A DNA stretch of 63,537 bases, the filler included. It is 15 parts of 15 records of this genome, joined end to end, with 100 filler letters (N's around TTAATTAATTAA, not from the genome) between each part and the next. Parts side by side here need not be neighbours in the genome. Positions count along the whole stretch, not along the records: positions 11,770 to 15,162 come from SRR7504441_85343; positions 15,263 to 18,473 come from SRR7504441_85366; positions 18,574 to 21,831 come from SRR7504441_85374; positions 21,932 to 25,286 come from SRR7504441_85462; 11 more parts are not named here. The stretch is one strand, 5' to 3'. The position numbers and the translations under genes are program-made. The notes beneath the pieces are model-generated. The model was given only the letters and a program-made list of their open reading frames with translations. It was not told the origin of the DNA and did no database searches. Below are positions 12,678 through 25,286 of this stretch, piece after piece. Position 1 is the first letter of the stretch. Each line of letters begins with the position of its first letter.

Positions 12678-14827
12678 TCAGCTCTCTTTGATTTTGAAGT
12701 GTTGCTTGCACAGTTCCCAGGTCTCAGTAAATGCATTGAGGGACTCGAAATACGATTGTGGCACAAACTCACGCGGATCTTTGTCTATCATTTCAAAATG
12801 GCTAAGCTGCGCGACCGTCAGGCGATTCGAGTTTTCGTACATGACCTCCAGAGCTGGTGCTCCTGGCAAAGAACCATGAAGAGTGCTAAACCGAGTGAAC
12901 GTCTCTTTGATCCCTTGGAAACACATTGAGTTCCCTTCAGCAAACTCGTAGCCGGACCCATCTAGGAACATGATCTTGTAGGATGCGTCAATGCCTGGCT
13001 CATTGCGGTAGACCACCTCAATCCCAGCTGCCACCAACTTGTCGTGCAGCACTTGCAAAGCAGGCGCTCTCTGGAACAAGTGTGCCGCGCCGTCCTCTTC
13101 GTCCACCAAAGCCATTGGCGTGAACTCCTCCGAGCCCGGGCGCTGCCTCATCACCGGGCCCACCTTGACCACACAACGGGGCCGCTCTTCTGCGTGCCCG
13201 ACAAACTTAAGCGCTGTCCAAAGTGGCGACGGATGCTTGAACATGATGGCTTGCTCTGCAGACGCTAAATCTTGGCTATTGAACTCGACGGCCTTGCCTG
13301 CCGAAGGCTCCTCTTTGAGCGGAGAGCCACCGTCGATCGCGAGGGCGGCAGTTGGGAATGAGGGGATGTCGGGTACAATCAGCTCATACTCCTCTTGGAG
13401 CAGCATGTTGTCATCGAGCGAGAATGCGTCGACCGCAGATGGGCCATACTCCTGGTAGGAGCTCCTAGTGATGCCGGTTACTGACGAGAGCGCCATGAAG
13501 ATCGAGGATCCAATCCACTCTTGCGCCTGCCTGTCCTGCCCGGCTGCTATCTTGATATCAAGCCCTGGCGGTGCATTTGAGCGCATCTGTTGAATCGACC
13601 TCTCGACGAACCCATGCGCAGTGGTTGCACTTCCGAATAGGCACAGGTTGCGGCAGAGCTCTCGCAGGACCTGTGCTTCACCCATCTGGCCACGATGCTG
13701 GTACTTGAGCGCCACGCAATTCGACATTTGCACCCTCCAGTCGCCACAGACGTATTCACCGACGTGGTACGCCGGGACCTGCCCCACGCACGATGCCACG
13801 AAATCCGTCACGCCACCAGTGGCGCAGATCCTCTGCCACGCCATGTCTGGTCGGAGCGAGCCGGCTATGCTCGGGTCGAACAACAGCTCGTAGCCCTGCC
13901 AGGCCGCCGGCCCGACTTCGACCAGCGACCCGTCCGGCAGCTCCACGTCCTTGTGCTGCCTCGAGTCCAAGTAGAGGCTCCGCTTGTCTGTGTACTCGGG
14001 CACTGTGCACAGCTCAGCCTTCATCCGATCGAGCTCGAAACGGTCCAACTGGGCCAACTCCGGGTGCCGGGCGAGCAGGAAGCCGTCCACGTCGGCCGCA
14101 CCGAGCGACATCTGCTGGGCCTGCCCTACACTCAGCCAGGCAGCTCCAAAGGCGCTACTCACACAACCCTTGAAGTGCTTGCACAGGGGGATGCCGTTGA
14201 ATATCGGGAGGACTTGGGTGAGACCTTGCCCGACACAGACCCCCACCCCAGTGGTCCGCCCGCTAGCGTACAGCCCCGCCATCGGCTGAGATTCGAAACG
14301 CACTTGTCCCACCTGCACGCGAGGCTCATCGGCGCTCCCGGTGCGCCGGACCTCAAACGTCTCGAACAGCAGCTCAGCCATGTTGGCGAGCTCAGATTTC
14401 TGACCGCGGAAGTTCTCCATGGCCGTGACGATGCCCACCTGCGGTCGGGCTGAAAAGGCCGCCTGAGTGGCCGGGCTGCCGGGATGTGCTGGCCGTAACC
14501 GTTGAACCCGGAGCGGACAAAGCCGTAGCTCCACACCTTCTCCAGCGCCTCCCAGTCGGTCACTGCACCGCGCTCCACTGGCCACTCGGGCAGCAATGGG
14601 GCCGCCCCCATGTCGGCGCTGTCGTTCTGCAGCTGCTGCATCAGCAGCGGGCGGCGGGGCCGGGCACCTTGGGAAAGAAGCCCATTGGGTAATCTGCGCC
14701 GGTCACCCTGCCTCCCAGCCATCAGCTGACCATCGGCGCCCATGCTGCACCCGTATTTGATCCCATCGTCCTGGGTGTCTAGCACTACGCCCAGCTCGCT
14801 GTTGCCGAGCTTCTCCATCACTGCCAT
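12678..14827 (-). CDS. Divergent actin-related protein with a ~240-aa C-terminal extension
   Basis: WPVERGAVTDWEALEKVW, MAELLFETFEV, GLYASGRTTG, LTQVLPIFNG, MKAELC, ELPDG, WIGSSI and EYGPSAV actin-fold motifs; several in-frame mini-introns. Confidence 0.85.
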
Positions 14828-15601
14828 AACTGCTCAACGGGCATCCGGATCACACCGGCCGGCAGGGGAAATAAATGGTCCCCAAGCATGATTCTTTTTT
14901 TATATGACGACTAGTTACACAGTTACGGTACGCCAAGTCGCGACAAATATAATACAAATGTTAGAACAGCCCCCGGCGGAGGCGCATCGATCTCAATTGG
15001 ATGTTCACGATGATATAATTATTAATTCGTATTAATTTGTTTCGGCCCGTATTGATTAAGTCTAGAGTTGGTCATGGAGTTCGTGGAGTTGGTGTCGAGC
15101 ATTACAGCAATGCCCAACTAGATGCACTGTAGAAGGCACTGACGAGCAGCATCAGCGATTCANNNNNNNNNNNNNNNNNNNNNNNNNNNNNNNNNNNNNN
15201 NNNNNNTTAATTAATTAANNNNNNNNNNNNNNNNNNNNNNNNNNNNNNNNNNNNNNNNNNNNATAATCCGGCTTACACTGAATAAATCTACTTGTAATAA
15301 TGTATCCGGGCCGGATGTGTTAGCTTTATGGCTGAGTAGGTACCGGTACAGTCACTGGTACTACAGCGGAGTTCGGAGTTCGTGGTACAGCCTGCCCCGG
15401 CCCCGCACCATGATCATCACAGCCCCGCACCATGATCACTGATGATGCATGATGAGCTGACAGACAACCTGAAGCTCATGAGCTGCGCTCTGATGATTGG
15501 CAACAGAGAGGTATGCGGCGCCCTGGCCTCCAGCCTAGTAGTGGCCGCGTTGGAGGAGCCGGCGCTGAGGCGAGGCGGGGGCAGGGGCAGCTTTGAGCGA
15601 A

Positions 15602-16394
15602 ATGGCGTTCCTGGGCCGGCTGTTCGGGTCGTCGGACACCCCGGCGGCGCCGGCCGCGCCCACGGTGAACCAAGCCATCCAGAAGCAGAAGCTGGCGCTG
15701 GAGCAAATCGACAAGAAGCTGGTGCTGCTCCACCACAAGTACACCCAGGAGGAGGGCAACGCGCGCAAGCTGAATGCGGCGCGCCGCGGGAAGGAGCCAT
15801 CGCCCAAGCTGAAGGCTACGCTGAAGCGAATGAAGCAGTACTCAACGCAGATCGATACGCTCGAGAAGCAGCGGTCGAACCTGGAGACGCAGATGCTCAA
15901 TCTGGACAACCTTGAGATGAGCAAGATCACCATCGACGCGATCCGGACCGGGAACGAGGCCACCAAGGCCCAGATGCGCACCCTGTGCCCCGGGGCCCGG
16001 TCAGGCCTGAGCGGGGGGCAGGGATCCGGACCAGGTGGCGGACGTGGTGGATACCTCGGCCGAGCTGCACGAGGACGTGGAGGAGATCTCGACCATCCTG
16101 GCCGAGCCATTCGGCGCCAACGCCACCATGGATGTGCGCGCCTGTGTGGCCGGGCTGAGCAATGGCTGACAGGAGGACGAACTGTTTGACGAATTCCTCG
16201 CGAACGAGGCGGAGGCCCAGGCGTACGAGGATGGCGAGCAGGCCGTGGAGGTTAATCTGCCGGACACCAGTGTTGTGGATCCAATGCCGAGCACAAACCC
16301 GGTGCACACAACAGACCCAGTGCCTGCGATGCCGGCGGTGGACGAGGAGGAGGATGAATTCGCCCGGCTGGAGCGCGAGATGTTGATGCAATAG
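15602..16394 (+). CDS. ESCRT-III Snf7/Vps32 family protein
   Basis: MAFLGRLFG N-terminal amphipathic helix, basic coiled coil (LKRMKQY..QID...NLETQ) and acidic C-terminus (DEDELFDEF...EFARLEREM); two ~38-nt GT-AG introns. Confidence 0.88.
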
Positions 16395-16575
16395 TCCACA
16401 GCCAGACCAGGGGGCACGCTGTGGCAGCTACGGGACGGGTGACGCTTAGACCCTTGTCTGCGTGGTGTAAGCACGTATAAAATTATATCGGTTTTTGTTG
16501 CTGCACGTCTCGAATCGAGGGGGGGTCTTACTATAGTCTTACTATAGGGCCAAGCTACATGACCTAACTGTTCTT

Positions 16576-18372
16576 CTAATAACCTTCATTTGAAACCTCT
16601 ACAGCCACCTTAGGGTAAGCCACCGCGCACAAATCAGCCGCCAAGTCATGCCGAGCCTCGCCATTGTCCCAAGGGAAACCGTAAGAAAACCCATAGAGAA
16701 GCAGCCGCTCACCGTCAAACTCAATCCGCCCGCCGCCCAGTACCGAGTAGCCCACCCCTGCCGCCGCCAGCGCCCGAGTGGTGGGCTTCGCCGCGTCTTT
16801 ATGATACTCGGCCGCCACCCGGCCGCGGACCAGCAGCCGCTCTGGCGTTGTGTGGAGCTGGATCAGCACATACTTCTGTCTGCCACGCTCTATGTCCACC
16901 GGAGGGAACCTCTCTTCATCCGGGCCGCTCGCCCGAATCAGCACTGCGATCCTCTCCCCAGCCTGCGAGACGGCCTTACCAAACTGATTGCATCCGGCCG
17001 CGAGCGAGAGACAACCGTGCGGCATTCTTCGGAAAACATCTAGGTGCACGGGGATCCCGAGCCGGCCCAGCCTTGCGGCAAAGGCCAGCGAGTCGTCCAA
17101 CAACGGGTCCAGCTCGGCCGCAAACAGGTGCACCGGAGGCAGCCGGCGTAGGGCCTGGTCGGTGGCGTGCCATGGCGAGGCGCGTTCAAGCTGAGCTGGC
17201 GAAAGCTGCACGTCTCCGAGGTATGCTGGCAGGAGGCTTAGTAGTACAGAGAGAGGCAGGAGGACGTCCATCACAGCGAGCAGCCGCGAGGGCGAGATCA
17301 CTGGCTCGAGGCACAGCACCGGGTAGAATCCCAGCACCGCGTCTGGAGGATGAGGGGCTTCCATGGCCGCCGCCACCGCCAGATTGCCCCCTGCCGAGTC
17401 CCCCGCCAGACCGAGCCACTGTAACGGACCAGTCGAGCCCACTGCAGCTGGCTGGGCTCGCACGGCGGTCAAGACGGCGACGAGCTGCTCGAGCTGCACC
17501 GGGAACTTGTGCGCCGGAGCTAGCGAGTAGTCGACGCACAGGATGGCCGAGCCTGCGGGGAGAGAACGGCACCAGCGGGTGAGGTATGAGAGGTGCGACT
17601 TACTCGACTGTGCCACAAACCCGCCGCCGTGCGCATAAACCAACACCGAACTGGCCGGCCGGCTGTCCGCTTGCAGCAGCCGGACCGGCACGCCCTCGAG
17701 CTCGAAGCACCGATTGACACCGACCTTGACTGCCGACATAGCAGGCAGGCTCTCCGGAAGGCTCCAAAACTGCGCCACGTCTTGCACACGCGGCCGGGCC
17801 AGCAGGCTGGCGATCCGGCGCCCCCGGTCTGCAGGAGACGCCAGGTTCCCCAGTGTGCGGAAGGCGGTGCCAAACAGTCCGCTCGACTTGCTTTGGCCTA
17901 TTGTAGCCATCGCCGAGAGCAACAGCCGCATCAGACCGGCGGCGGCCGGCCCGTACTGCGCGCCTGCGAACTCGGCATAGAACAGGACCGGGTCCATCGC
18001 CATTGCCGCCTGCTTGATATCCTCAAACTCGTCGGAGAGTTTGGTCGACTCCCCACCCGCCCTGCGCAGCCGCTCGGCCAGCTCGAGCAGCCCCTCGCAG
18101 CGCTCAAGCACCCGCTCGGCCGCAGTGGCCAGTGCCCCTGGTCTGGCCGGCGGCCGCTCTAGCTTTGTCAGCACCGCCTCCAGGCACGCATCGAGGGCCG
18201 CACACAGCGCAGTGAACCCGTCTAGGGCCGCGGCGGGCTGCTCGAGCAACCGGCGCTGGAGCCGATCGGCCAGGCAGTGTAACGGGGCCAGCGCCGCGAG
18301 CCTGGCCGGGGGGACTGCCAGCCGCAGCCGCACCGACACCCCCCAGTCGGCCGGCTCAACCCTGGCGTGCAT
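16576..18372 (-). CDS. Hormone-sensitive-lipase family alpha/beta hydrolase fused to a C-terminal Janus/Ocnus (PHPT1-like phosphohistidine phosphatase) domain
   Basis: Single open frame. Lipase motifs: HGGGFVAQSSKSH, VDYSLAP..FP, AGDSAGGNL, SPSRLL...D.LLP, LDPLLDDS, PHG. Then PVDI..G..KYVLI...VRG...AEYH.D...LGGGRI...YGFS.GF...H......YP......NEGY. Confidence 0.9.
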   Translation of the reverse strand: MHARVEPADWGVSVRLRLAVPPARLAALAPLHCLADRLQRRLLEQPAAALDGFTALCAALDACLEAVLTKLERPPARPGALATAAERVLERCEGLLELAERLRRAGGESTKLSDEFEDIKQAAMAMDPVLFYAEFAGAQYGPAAAGLMRLLLSAMATIGQSKSSGLFGTAFRTLGNLASPADRGRRIASLLARPRVQDVAQFWSLPESLPAMSAVKVGVNRCFELEGVPVRLLQADSRPASSVLVYAHGGGFVAQSSKSHLSYLTRWCRSLPAGSAILCVDYSLAPAHKFPVQLEQLVAVLTAVRAQPAAVGSTGPLQWLGLAGDSAGGNLAVAAAMEAPHPPDAVLGFYPVLCLEPVISPSRLLAVMDVLLPLSVLLSLLPAYLGDVQLSPAQLERASPWHATDQALRRLPPVHLFAAELDPLLDDSLAFAARLGRLGIPVHLDVFRRMPHGCLSLAAGCNQFGKAVSQAGERIAVLIRASGPDEERFPPVDIERGRQKYVLIQLHTTPERLLVRGRVAAEYHKDAAKPTTRALAAAGVGYSVLGGGRIEFDGERLLLYGFSYGFPWDNGEARHDLAADLCAVAYPKVAVEVSNEGY

Positions 18373-18812
18373 CAGCCAGTGTCAGTCAGGTGAGTGTGGA
18401 CTTCTCAGGTATGGCGCGGTGAAGTGACAAATCACCGTACCTGGTAGGTTGTCTGCTACGGTGTCTGCTACGGNNNNNNNNNNNNNNNNNNNNNNNNNNN
18501 NNNNNNNNNNNNNNNNNTTAATTAATTAANNNNNNNNNNNNNNNNNNNNNNNNNNNNNNNNNNNNNNNNNNNNCAGATTCTATTCGTGAATGGCGACACA
18601 GGCATGATTGTACGTACAGAAAATTAATGTGCTCCACATTTAAGCGCATAATTAAGAACAGTGTTAGTTAGAAGTAGCCAAATGATAAGCCAAATGAACC
18701 GTGCATTTGTAAGTTCGGGCATTAATTTTGTAAGCCCTCTTCTAGCCCTCTTCGGGTACGGTGCAATACAGAATAATAATTGATTGGTTGATTCTCGACT
18801 CATCATGTCGAC

Positions 18813-21443
18813 TCATTTCTTGCCCCCCAGAATTGCCTCCAACGCCATCAATGACGCTTCTTGTTCATTCCGCATCGTGACCTCCAATACATTCATACGA
18901 TCTGTCATTTGCACGACTTGCACCTCAAGCGCTTCGTAGTCTTGTGCCCCCTTTGATTCCAAAGCTCTAAGCGAGGCCTGGTGCGCGGCCTTCAGTTCCT
19001 GCTCTAGTGCTCGAATTCTATTGTTGCTCTGGCCTGAGGTATGGCCTGTGGCCTCTAGCTTGTCCAGCTGGTGCTGGACCTGAACTATCTGCTCAGACAG
19101 TGTGGAGTGGAGCTGATTGAGCTGAGCTTGCTGTCGAGATTCTTCTTCTACTCGGGCCTGGATGGCTTCCTCCTGGGCCCACATGCTTTCCTGCCTCACC
19201 CTCTCCACAGCTTGCATCACCTCAGTGGACGAGCCAGTGCCTGTGCTGTGCTGTTCAAGTGTTGCCACTCGAGCTTCAAGCTGCTGCAACTGCCGCTGCA
19301 TTGCTGACCGCATGGCTGCTTGCTCAGCTTCCATCTGAGCTGTCAGCCTCGCTTCGAGCGCCTGAAGCTGTTGTTCCAGTTGGCCCTGTACTGCTTCAGT
19401 GATGCCGTCAACTAACTCAGTTGGGCGCGCCAACTCAGTCTTGAGCATCTCAAACCGCTGCTCCACCATCTGCAGCAACTTGTGCTCAAGCTGACTCTGG
19501 TCTGCTGGGATCGCACCCATCTCGTGAACCACAGACTCCAAAGCTACCTCAGCATCATCTGCCTTGGAGTTTGCAGTCGCCACAGCGGCTGACAATTGAT
19601 CGAGTTTGGCAGCTTGCTCCTTGAGCTCATGATTGAGCCGCTTGACTTCTCTGGTTTCAACGTCCTGTACTGGAGAATCAGGCAGGCGAGATGCTAGCGA
19701 ATTCGGATGGAAGTCGTCTCTTTGATCCACAGTACAGGGAGCTCTCACGACCGTGCTTGATATTGAGGCGGCCATTCCAACAGGAGCCCGATCTAGCGAG
19801 CAGTCGTGGTTGCTCTGTGAAGGTGCTGCAGAGCTGTGCGAGCGGGTTGCCTGCTGCGAATTAAGTTGCTGCTGCATTCCCTTGAGACGCTGATTCATCG
19901 CAAGCACAACTGCATCCACCGAGGGCTGTGGTCCAGCTCCGACCAACTGGTCGCCTGGCTGTTTGCTTGAGACACCAGCTATAAATTTGTTGATCCTGAG
20001 GGTGTTGGCAAACGATTCTGCTATCTCCGGATCCATTACATTGTTATCACCAAGAAAGATTTCAGTGATCGTGGTGTTGGATCGTAATGCATTTGCTATC
20101 TCCAGTGCAGAACTCCGGTCCCCATCTTCAATTTCAAGAATCAGTTCACGGATCGAGGCATTCGTTCGCACGGCGTCAGCAATTGCAGCAGCCCCACTCC
20201 GGCCCATGACTGCCCCCTGTAGATCCACGGTTCTAAGGCTGGCGTTCTGCTTCCAGCTTCCCGCAACCACTGCAACTCCTTCCGGACCAATATCGTTGCT
20301 CCCTAGGTACAGAGCTTGAAGGCTCGAGTTCCGGATCAGCGCTTGTCCAATTGATACAGCGCCACGGTCACCAATGCTATTGGAGCGCAGATTGAGCTTG
20401 ATCAGCGTCTGAGAGGCTTCGAGTCCAGCTGCCAGCGATTCACAGCCTCGAGTTCCGATAGAGTTGCCCCCAAGGTCCAGCTCTTGTAAGCTCTGGTTGA
20501 AGCGTAGCGCATCGCCAATGGCAGAAGCTCCAGGATCCCCAATGCCATTGAACCTGAAGTTGATCACGCGCAGAGTACGATTTCTCTGCACCACCAGCAA
20601 CAGATTCACATCAGTTGCCGACCCGACTCACCTCTGCAGAGCGCGCAAATGCAGCGGCTGCATCGTCAGCAGCAAGGTTACGTTGGAGGTCCAGGACTTC
20701 CAGGCTGAACACAGCTTAGCCCAGCCAGTACATGTGCACACCAGCTGTTACTCACAAGAGCATCAGCCACAGCGGTCACTCCAGCATCCCCAATTCTGTT
20801 CTCAGCGAGATCAACCTGTTTGAGGGTAGCTGCCACACCGATCGTCTCACTGCGTCTCGAGCATGGGGTCACCATTTTGCTCGATTAGTCGGGCCACGTG
20901 CAACGCTCCCTCGTCATGCAGCGCATTCCGCGCTGCAGTCAGCCAATGATCAAACTCAGGAGGCAGCTGGTCGCACCCAAACTTAGGTTTGTGAGAGTCC
21001 TGTTCAGCGCCAAGCCAGACTCGAGCTCCTGAGCCCCCCCCAGCGAGTCAGTGTCCGGCGTCACAGCTGTATGGCCAGTCACCTTCACCAGCATTGTTCC
21101 AAGGTTGCACTGCGAAAGGTCCAGCGAGCTGAGCCCTGGGTTGTCCCGAAGGCTGCAGCACCAGCAGTCAGCTCCCGCTTGGCGCACTGCCAGGCCTGTT
21201 CATCAGGCAGACGAGCTCATGTTGGCCCAGAGGCTTGCCCCGTTCTCGCAGATCGCACGTCTGCGACCGATGACCAGCAGCCAGCTCGCCCAGCACCTGC
21301 CCAGAGGCGTCGGAGATCGCCATCACCCACCTGCGCCCGCCGGATCGAACTCAGGACCGGTCGGCGGGTCACTCGAGGATCGGCTCCACCCCAAGTAGCG
21401 TGCAGTTGTTGACGTACGCCGCCACCGCGTCCCCCGGCTGCAT
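18813..21443 (-). CDS. RI-like leucine-rich-repeat protein with C-terminal coiled coil
   Basis: Repeated N.SL..L.L..N.IG..GA..IA.AL units followed by a long heptad-rich Q/E region; 5' exons split by mini-introns. Confidence 0.85.
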
Positions 21444-21979
21444 CTACCATCGCCCCCGGATGCACCAGCGACTGGCACCTGAGAGGCGCTGCTGGTACGG
21501 CTTGCAGAGCCCGGAGCGGTGCGAGGCCTGGATGCACGGTCGCATCAACCAGCCCCTGGACAGCCATGGACCTCGTTCCGTCCCCGGTGCGATCGGCCTT
21601 GCGGGCCGGAGTTCCGCTTTTACCTGCAGCTCGGGCTCGGGGCCGCGCCCGGCCAGAGATAAGCTCACGGCGCTGCGGGCCTTTTAACCGGCCACCGGCT
21701 GGGGTTCCGAACGTGGTCATTAACAGTCTCACCACAATCGCCCAATCATCGCCCCATTGTGCCGCTTGTCGTCTTCGAGTAAATTTCGGCCTTGCAATTC
21801 TCGATAATCATCAGTTTTTAACCAGCAGGTCNNNNNNNNNNNNNNNNNNNNNNNNNNNNNNNNNNNNNNNNNNNNTTAATTAATTAANNNNNNNNNNNNN
21901 NNNNNNNNNNNNNNNNNNNNNNNNNNNNNNNTTTACATGGCGTATTTACAGTATGTATGTAGTATTCAGGCATAGAGCT

Positions 21980-23709
21980 CTATGGCGCGTCCAGTTGCAC
22001 GGGATCGAATCTGTTAGGGTGCGGAGCAGTAGAACTATCGCCTGGGATAGTGTGATATTCCTCTATGCATCCTATTACGTCATCGACTATCCTCTCCACA
22101 GCCTGCTGGAAAGCAGGTGACACCGAGTCGGGGATCTTCAGCTTTGGACGGAGGTTCACCTTGGTGTCAAGAAATGACAGGGCTCGCAAGGGCTGGCACA
22201 CCTCGAGCAAGAACGGTTCCGGTAGCTCGTTAGCTGGCTCCGTGATTCCGTTAGGATGGGCTAGCATCAGATCGATACCAAGCAGCTGGAAGCCCGGGCG
22301 CGTCAGCTGACCTGAGCAAGGTTCATTGGGACTATTTGCGACGGGTTAGGGGCACCAGAGGCTAGGTGAGAGGCGAGAGGGGCACAGACTTGCCGCTTCA
22401 CTGCTGGATAGAAGTGCGTATCAAGACTCCAGCTCGAAGGCATCAGCCTTTCCAGATCTTGGAGAGATTGCAGGTTAGTGCGTGCATCGTACCCATCGTC
22501 GTTCTTGTTGATAGCATTGTTAGTCAGGTGGGCCCTTCGATTCTCCTGGATCTGATCGGCTCAGCCGTCGTCTAGCTAGCACCTCGCTGAGGTCATCCAC
22601 ATTGTATTCTGCTGTCGAGAACCTGCACACGCCATCCCGGTGCAGCCAAGCTTGGAGCGGCCCGTTTCCGTACGCCACTAGCAGGAAGAGTCTGCAGCAC
22701 CACTCAATCCCGCCTCTTGCGCTATGAAATGACCGAATATCAAACTTTTTGGACCGCAGGCCTGGGAGCATTGAAGCGTGGTATTCTGAAACAAAAGGGG
22801 CGAGTCGGTACAGCTGTATGATAGAGTCCGCACCAGGATCGTTTGCGTCGGCACCAGCCGCTTCGATCAGCCAAGGTCGATCCAAGTACTCTTGAATCAC
22901 ATAGCGCTGGCGGCTGGGCTCTGCGAGGAATCTGCTCAGGCTTTGATATCCATCAAACATCTTGATCCCAGCGGCTTTGTTCCCGTCCGACGGTTTGACG
23001 ATCCACGTGGCTCTGGCCGCAGCACCGCCCGGTCGGCCAGCCCCGACCATCTCAGTGTCCAGCCAGTCCAGAATTTGTGGCCCTGCATCGCCAGCTGGCA
23101 GCACTTGTGGCTCAGACTCGCCGAGGCCGCAGAGCAGTGGCCCAGAATCGCCGGGCTCGCGGACCACAGTGAATGGCAGCCATGGCCGCTGGCCCATCGC
23201 TCTGCAGCTCCCTTCAGGCCGTGCGGGTGGCCAACAGGCACCGGGCCAGGCGAGCTTTGTCCCACAAGTTGCGGTCTTCGATATTCGGGCTGATGAACCA
23301 GCCTGAGCTCCCTAACCGAGCCCATGGCGCACCGCAGGTTGGTCACCGCCGACTGCCGCACCCGCACCTCGGTCCGGAACTTGCCTGCGCCCCGCCGCTC
23401 CGAGCAGCCCGCACCAGCCCGCACCACCCACCGACACCGTCACCACGTCGTCAATTCCAGGGCTCTCAGCCTGCAGCTTTTGGGTCTTCCAGCCCGGCAG
23501 CCAGCAGACGTCCGCCTCGACGGCGTCGATCACCGCCTTGGGCCCGTCATCGTCCTGCATCACCTCCGCCGCGCCCTCCACCTGCCAGCGAATCAGCAGC
23601 AGCACCGGCAAATACTTGCCCGGGTGTAGCCACGCCGTTCGAACCCGGCAGCGCTGGTCGAGGAGTGGGACTCCGGGCAAAAGAACCGAGGCCGCCCGGC
23701 AGCTTCCAT
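21980..23709 (-). CDS. Tubulin-tyrosine ligase (TTL/TTLL) family ATP-grasp enzyme
   Basis: WIVKP..G....GI, YVIQEYLDRPWLI, KKFDIR, GVCRFS..Y, FQLLGIDLML, PFLLEV-N. Confidence 0.88.
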
Positions 23710-24045
23710 TGTTTGCACCAACGGAAATTCGAATGGCAGTTTTTTTTACAGGAGAAGTCGCGCAGCAAGACGTCGACCGACAGTCGACTACGCGTCGTCG
23801 CACGGTGCGGAGACGTTTGGTTCAACTCGCCGACGCCCAATGGATTAGACACCGATATATAAATAGATGTTTGGGAAAAATATACAGCGAAACTTCACAT
23901 CAAAATTTTCAGTGGAGGTGGCGGACAGGGTGCACGTGGCGGATGTCATTGGCGGTCGGCGCTGTGTCGCCAACGAAGTGTCTGTTGACAATCGTTCGGT
24001 CAAACCCGAATCCAGTCTAAATATAAAATGTAGATCGGGATCGAT

Positions 24046-25286
24046 TCACGCGGATGGCGTGAATTGCTCGATCATCTCGAAAATGAACCTCTCTTCGTCG
24101 GTTCCGCTGTTGGTATTCACAATGTTGACCACCTGTGCAATCATATCTGCCTCGATTGTTAATGCAGCGGTCTTGGGCAGCAGCAACGTCTCGATTTTCT
24201 TGGGTTGGGTCTTGTTCGCCATTCTCGCGAACAGTTGAGGCGCACCCTCATTCTCCATCTGGGGCGGCATGCTCAGATACATCACCTTGCGCTTGGTGTC
24301 ACGCTTGTGGTCGCCACACGCAATCAGATGGTACGAGTATAGCTTGTTGAAAGATCTGCCTGTCGCTGTGACTTGCTTGTGAAATGAATCTTCCGGCGAA
24401 AGGTCACAGCTCCTGTTGCGATCGATGTCGCAATGGGCCCACACACACTTCTCCAAATACAGCAGGCAGCGTGTCTCCGGATTCTGAGTGATCGATAGCG
24501 CAAGCTCGTGCTTGAATCGCTTACGGTGACCAAGATCGGCCATCAGTCCGTTGTCCTCCCCAGGCCTGCTCTCTTTGGCAGCCGTGCAGGTCTCCTGAGC
24601 TTTGAAATAACTCCCGTGGTTGTCCAGCTGAAACTGGCCGAGAGAAGCCAGCACACATTCCACCTCTTCGTCCAGGTTAGCTGAAAGCCCGTCAGCCAGC
24701 GCCAACCAGGCTCGCACCAAAATTGGGCACGGTAGTGGTGGGCAGCACCACCTGAGGCGAGTTTCCAGCCACGCAGATCGCCATCGGCCGCACCTGACGC
24801 CCTGGCCTTAGTGTGTGCATCTACAGCGGTTGCACCTGGTCCATCACTCTTCCACGGACCTGTGCGTAGAACAACCCAGTGGGTAACAGCTCCTGCCCCT
24901 GCCCATGAGGCTTGTTTTTCCTTGCACCCATCAATGTCAGCTGCACGTGATCTGTTTTATATTGCAGGTGGTCCCAGACCCCTGGGTTGTGGTAAACGGT
25001 GACTTCCGTCGCGTCTTTCCATTCCTGCTCAGCTTTGCGGATCCGACCAGGAACTCGCGCCCTCTTTGCCTCGTCAAGCTCTCGCTTGGCCAAAACCGCC
25101 CTCTTCTGGTTGTTAGCTAAGTCGACAGCCTTCTTGGCAGCAGATATCTCGGATCGGATCCCTGTGGCCTCAGCCGCCTCCATCTGTTGCTTGGCTTCTG
25201 CCATCGCCGAGTCAGCTTCTGTCTCGCTGTTGATGATCAGCTCTTTTAGCGCAAACTCGAACACTGTCGGCTTGGTCGGGTGCACG
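24046..25286 (-). CDS. Hypothetical protein (5' truncated) with coiled coil and possible SAM-like segment
   Basis: Consecutive minus-strand ORFs 24821-25285 and 24046-24720; L.QFQL..H.SYF..QE...LGHRKRFKHEL resembles a SAM domain. Confidence 0.5.

Noticed and set aside
15400-15438. Direct repeat GCCCCGCACCATGATCA x2; also short duplications near 16525-16546 and 18451-18473, and GGAGTTCGTGG at both 15076 and 15375
   Set aside because: Only two copies each, with no spacer array or associated genes. These are ordinary micro-duplications, not CRISPR or mobile-element ends.
7760-16170. Mini-introns as a possible introner (transposon-derived) family
   Set aside because: The introns compared share length but not sequence, terminal inverted repeats or consistent target-site duplications. 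A genome-wide all-vs-all comparison would be needed to exclude this fully.
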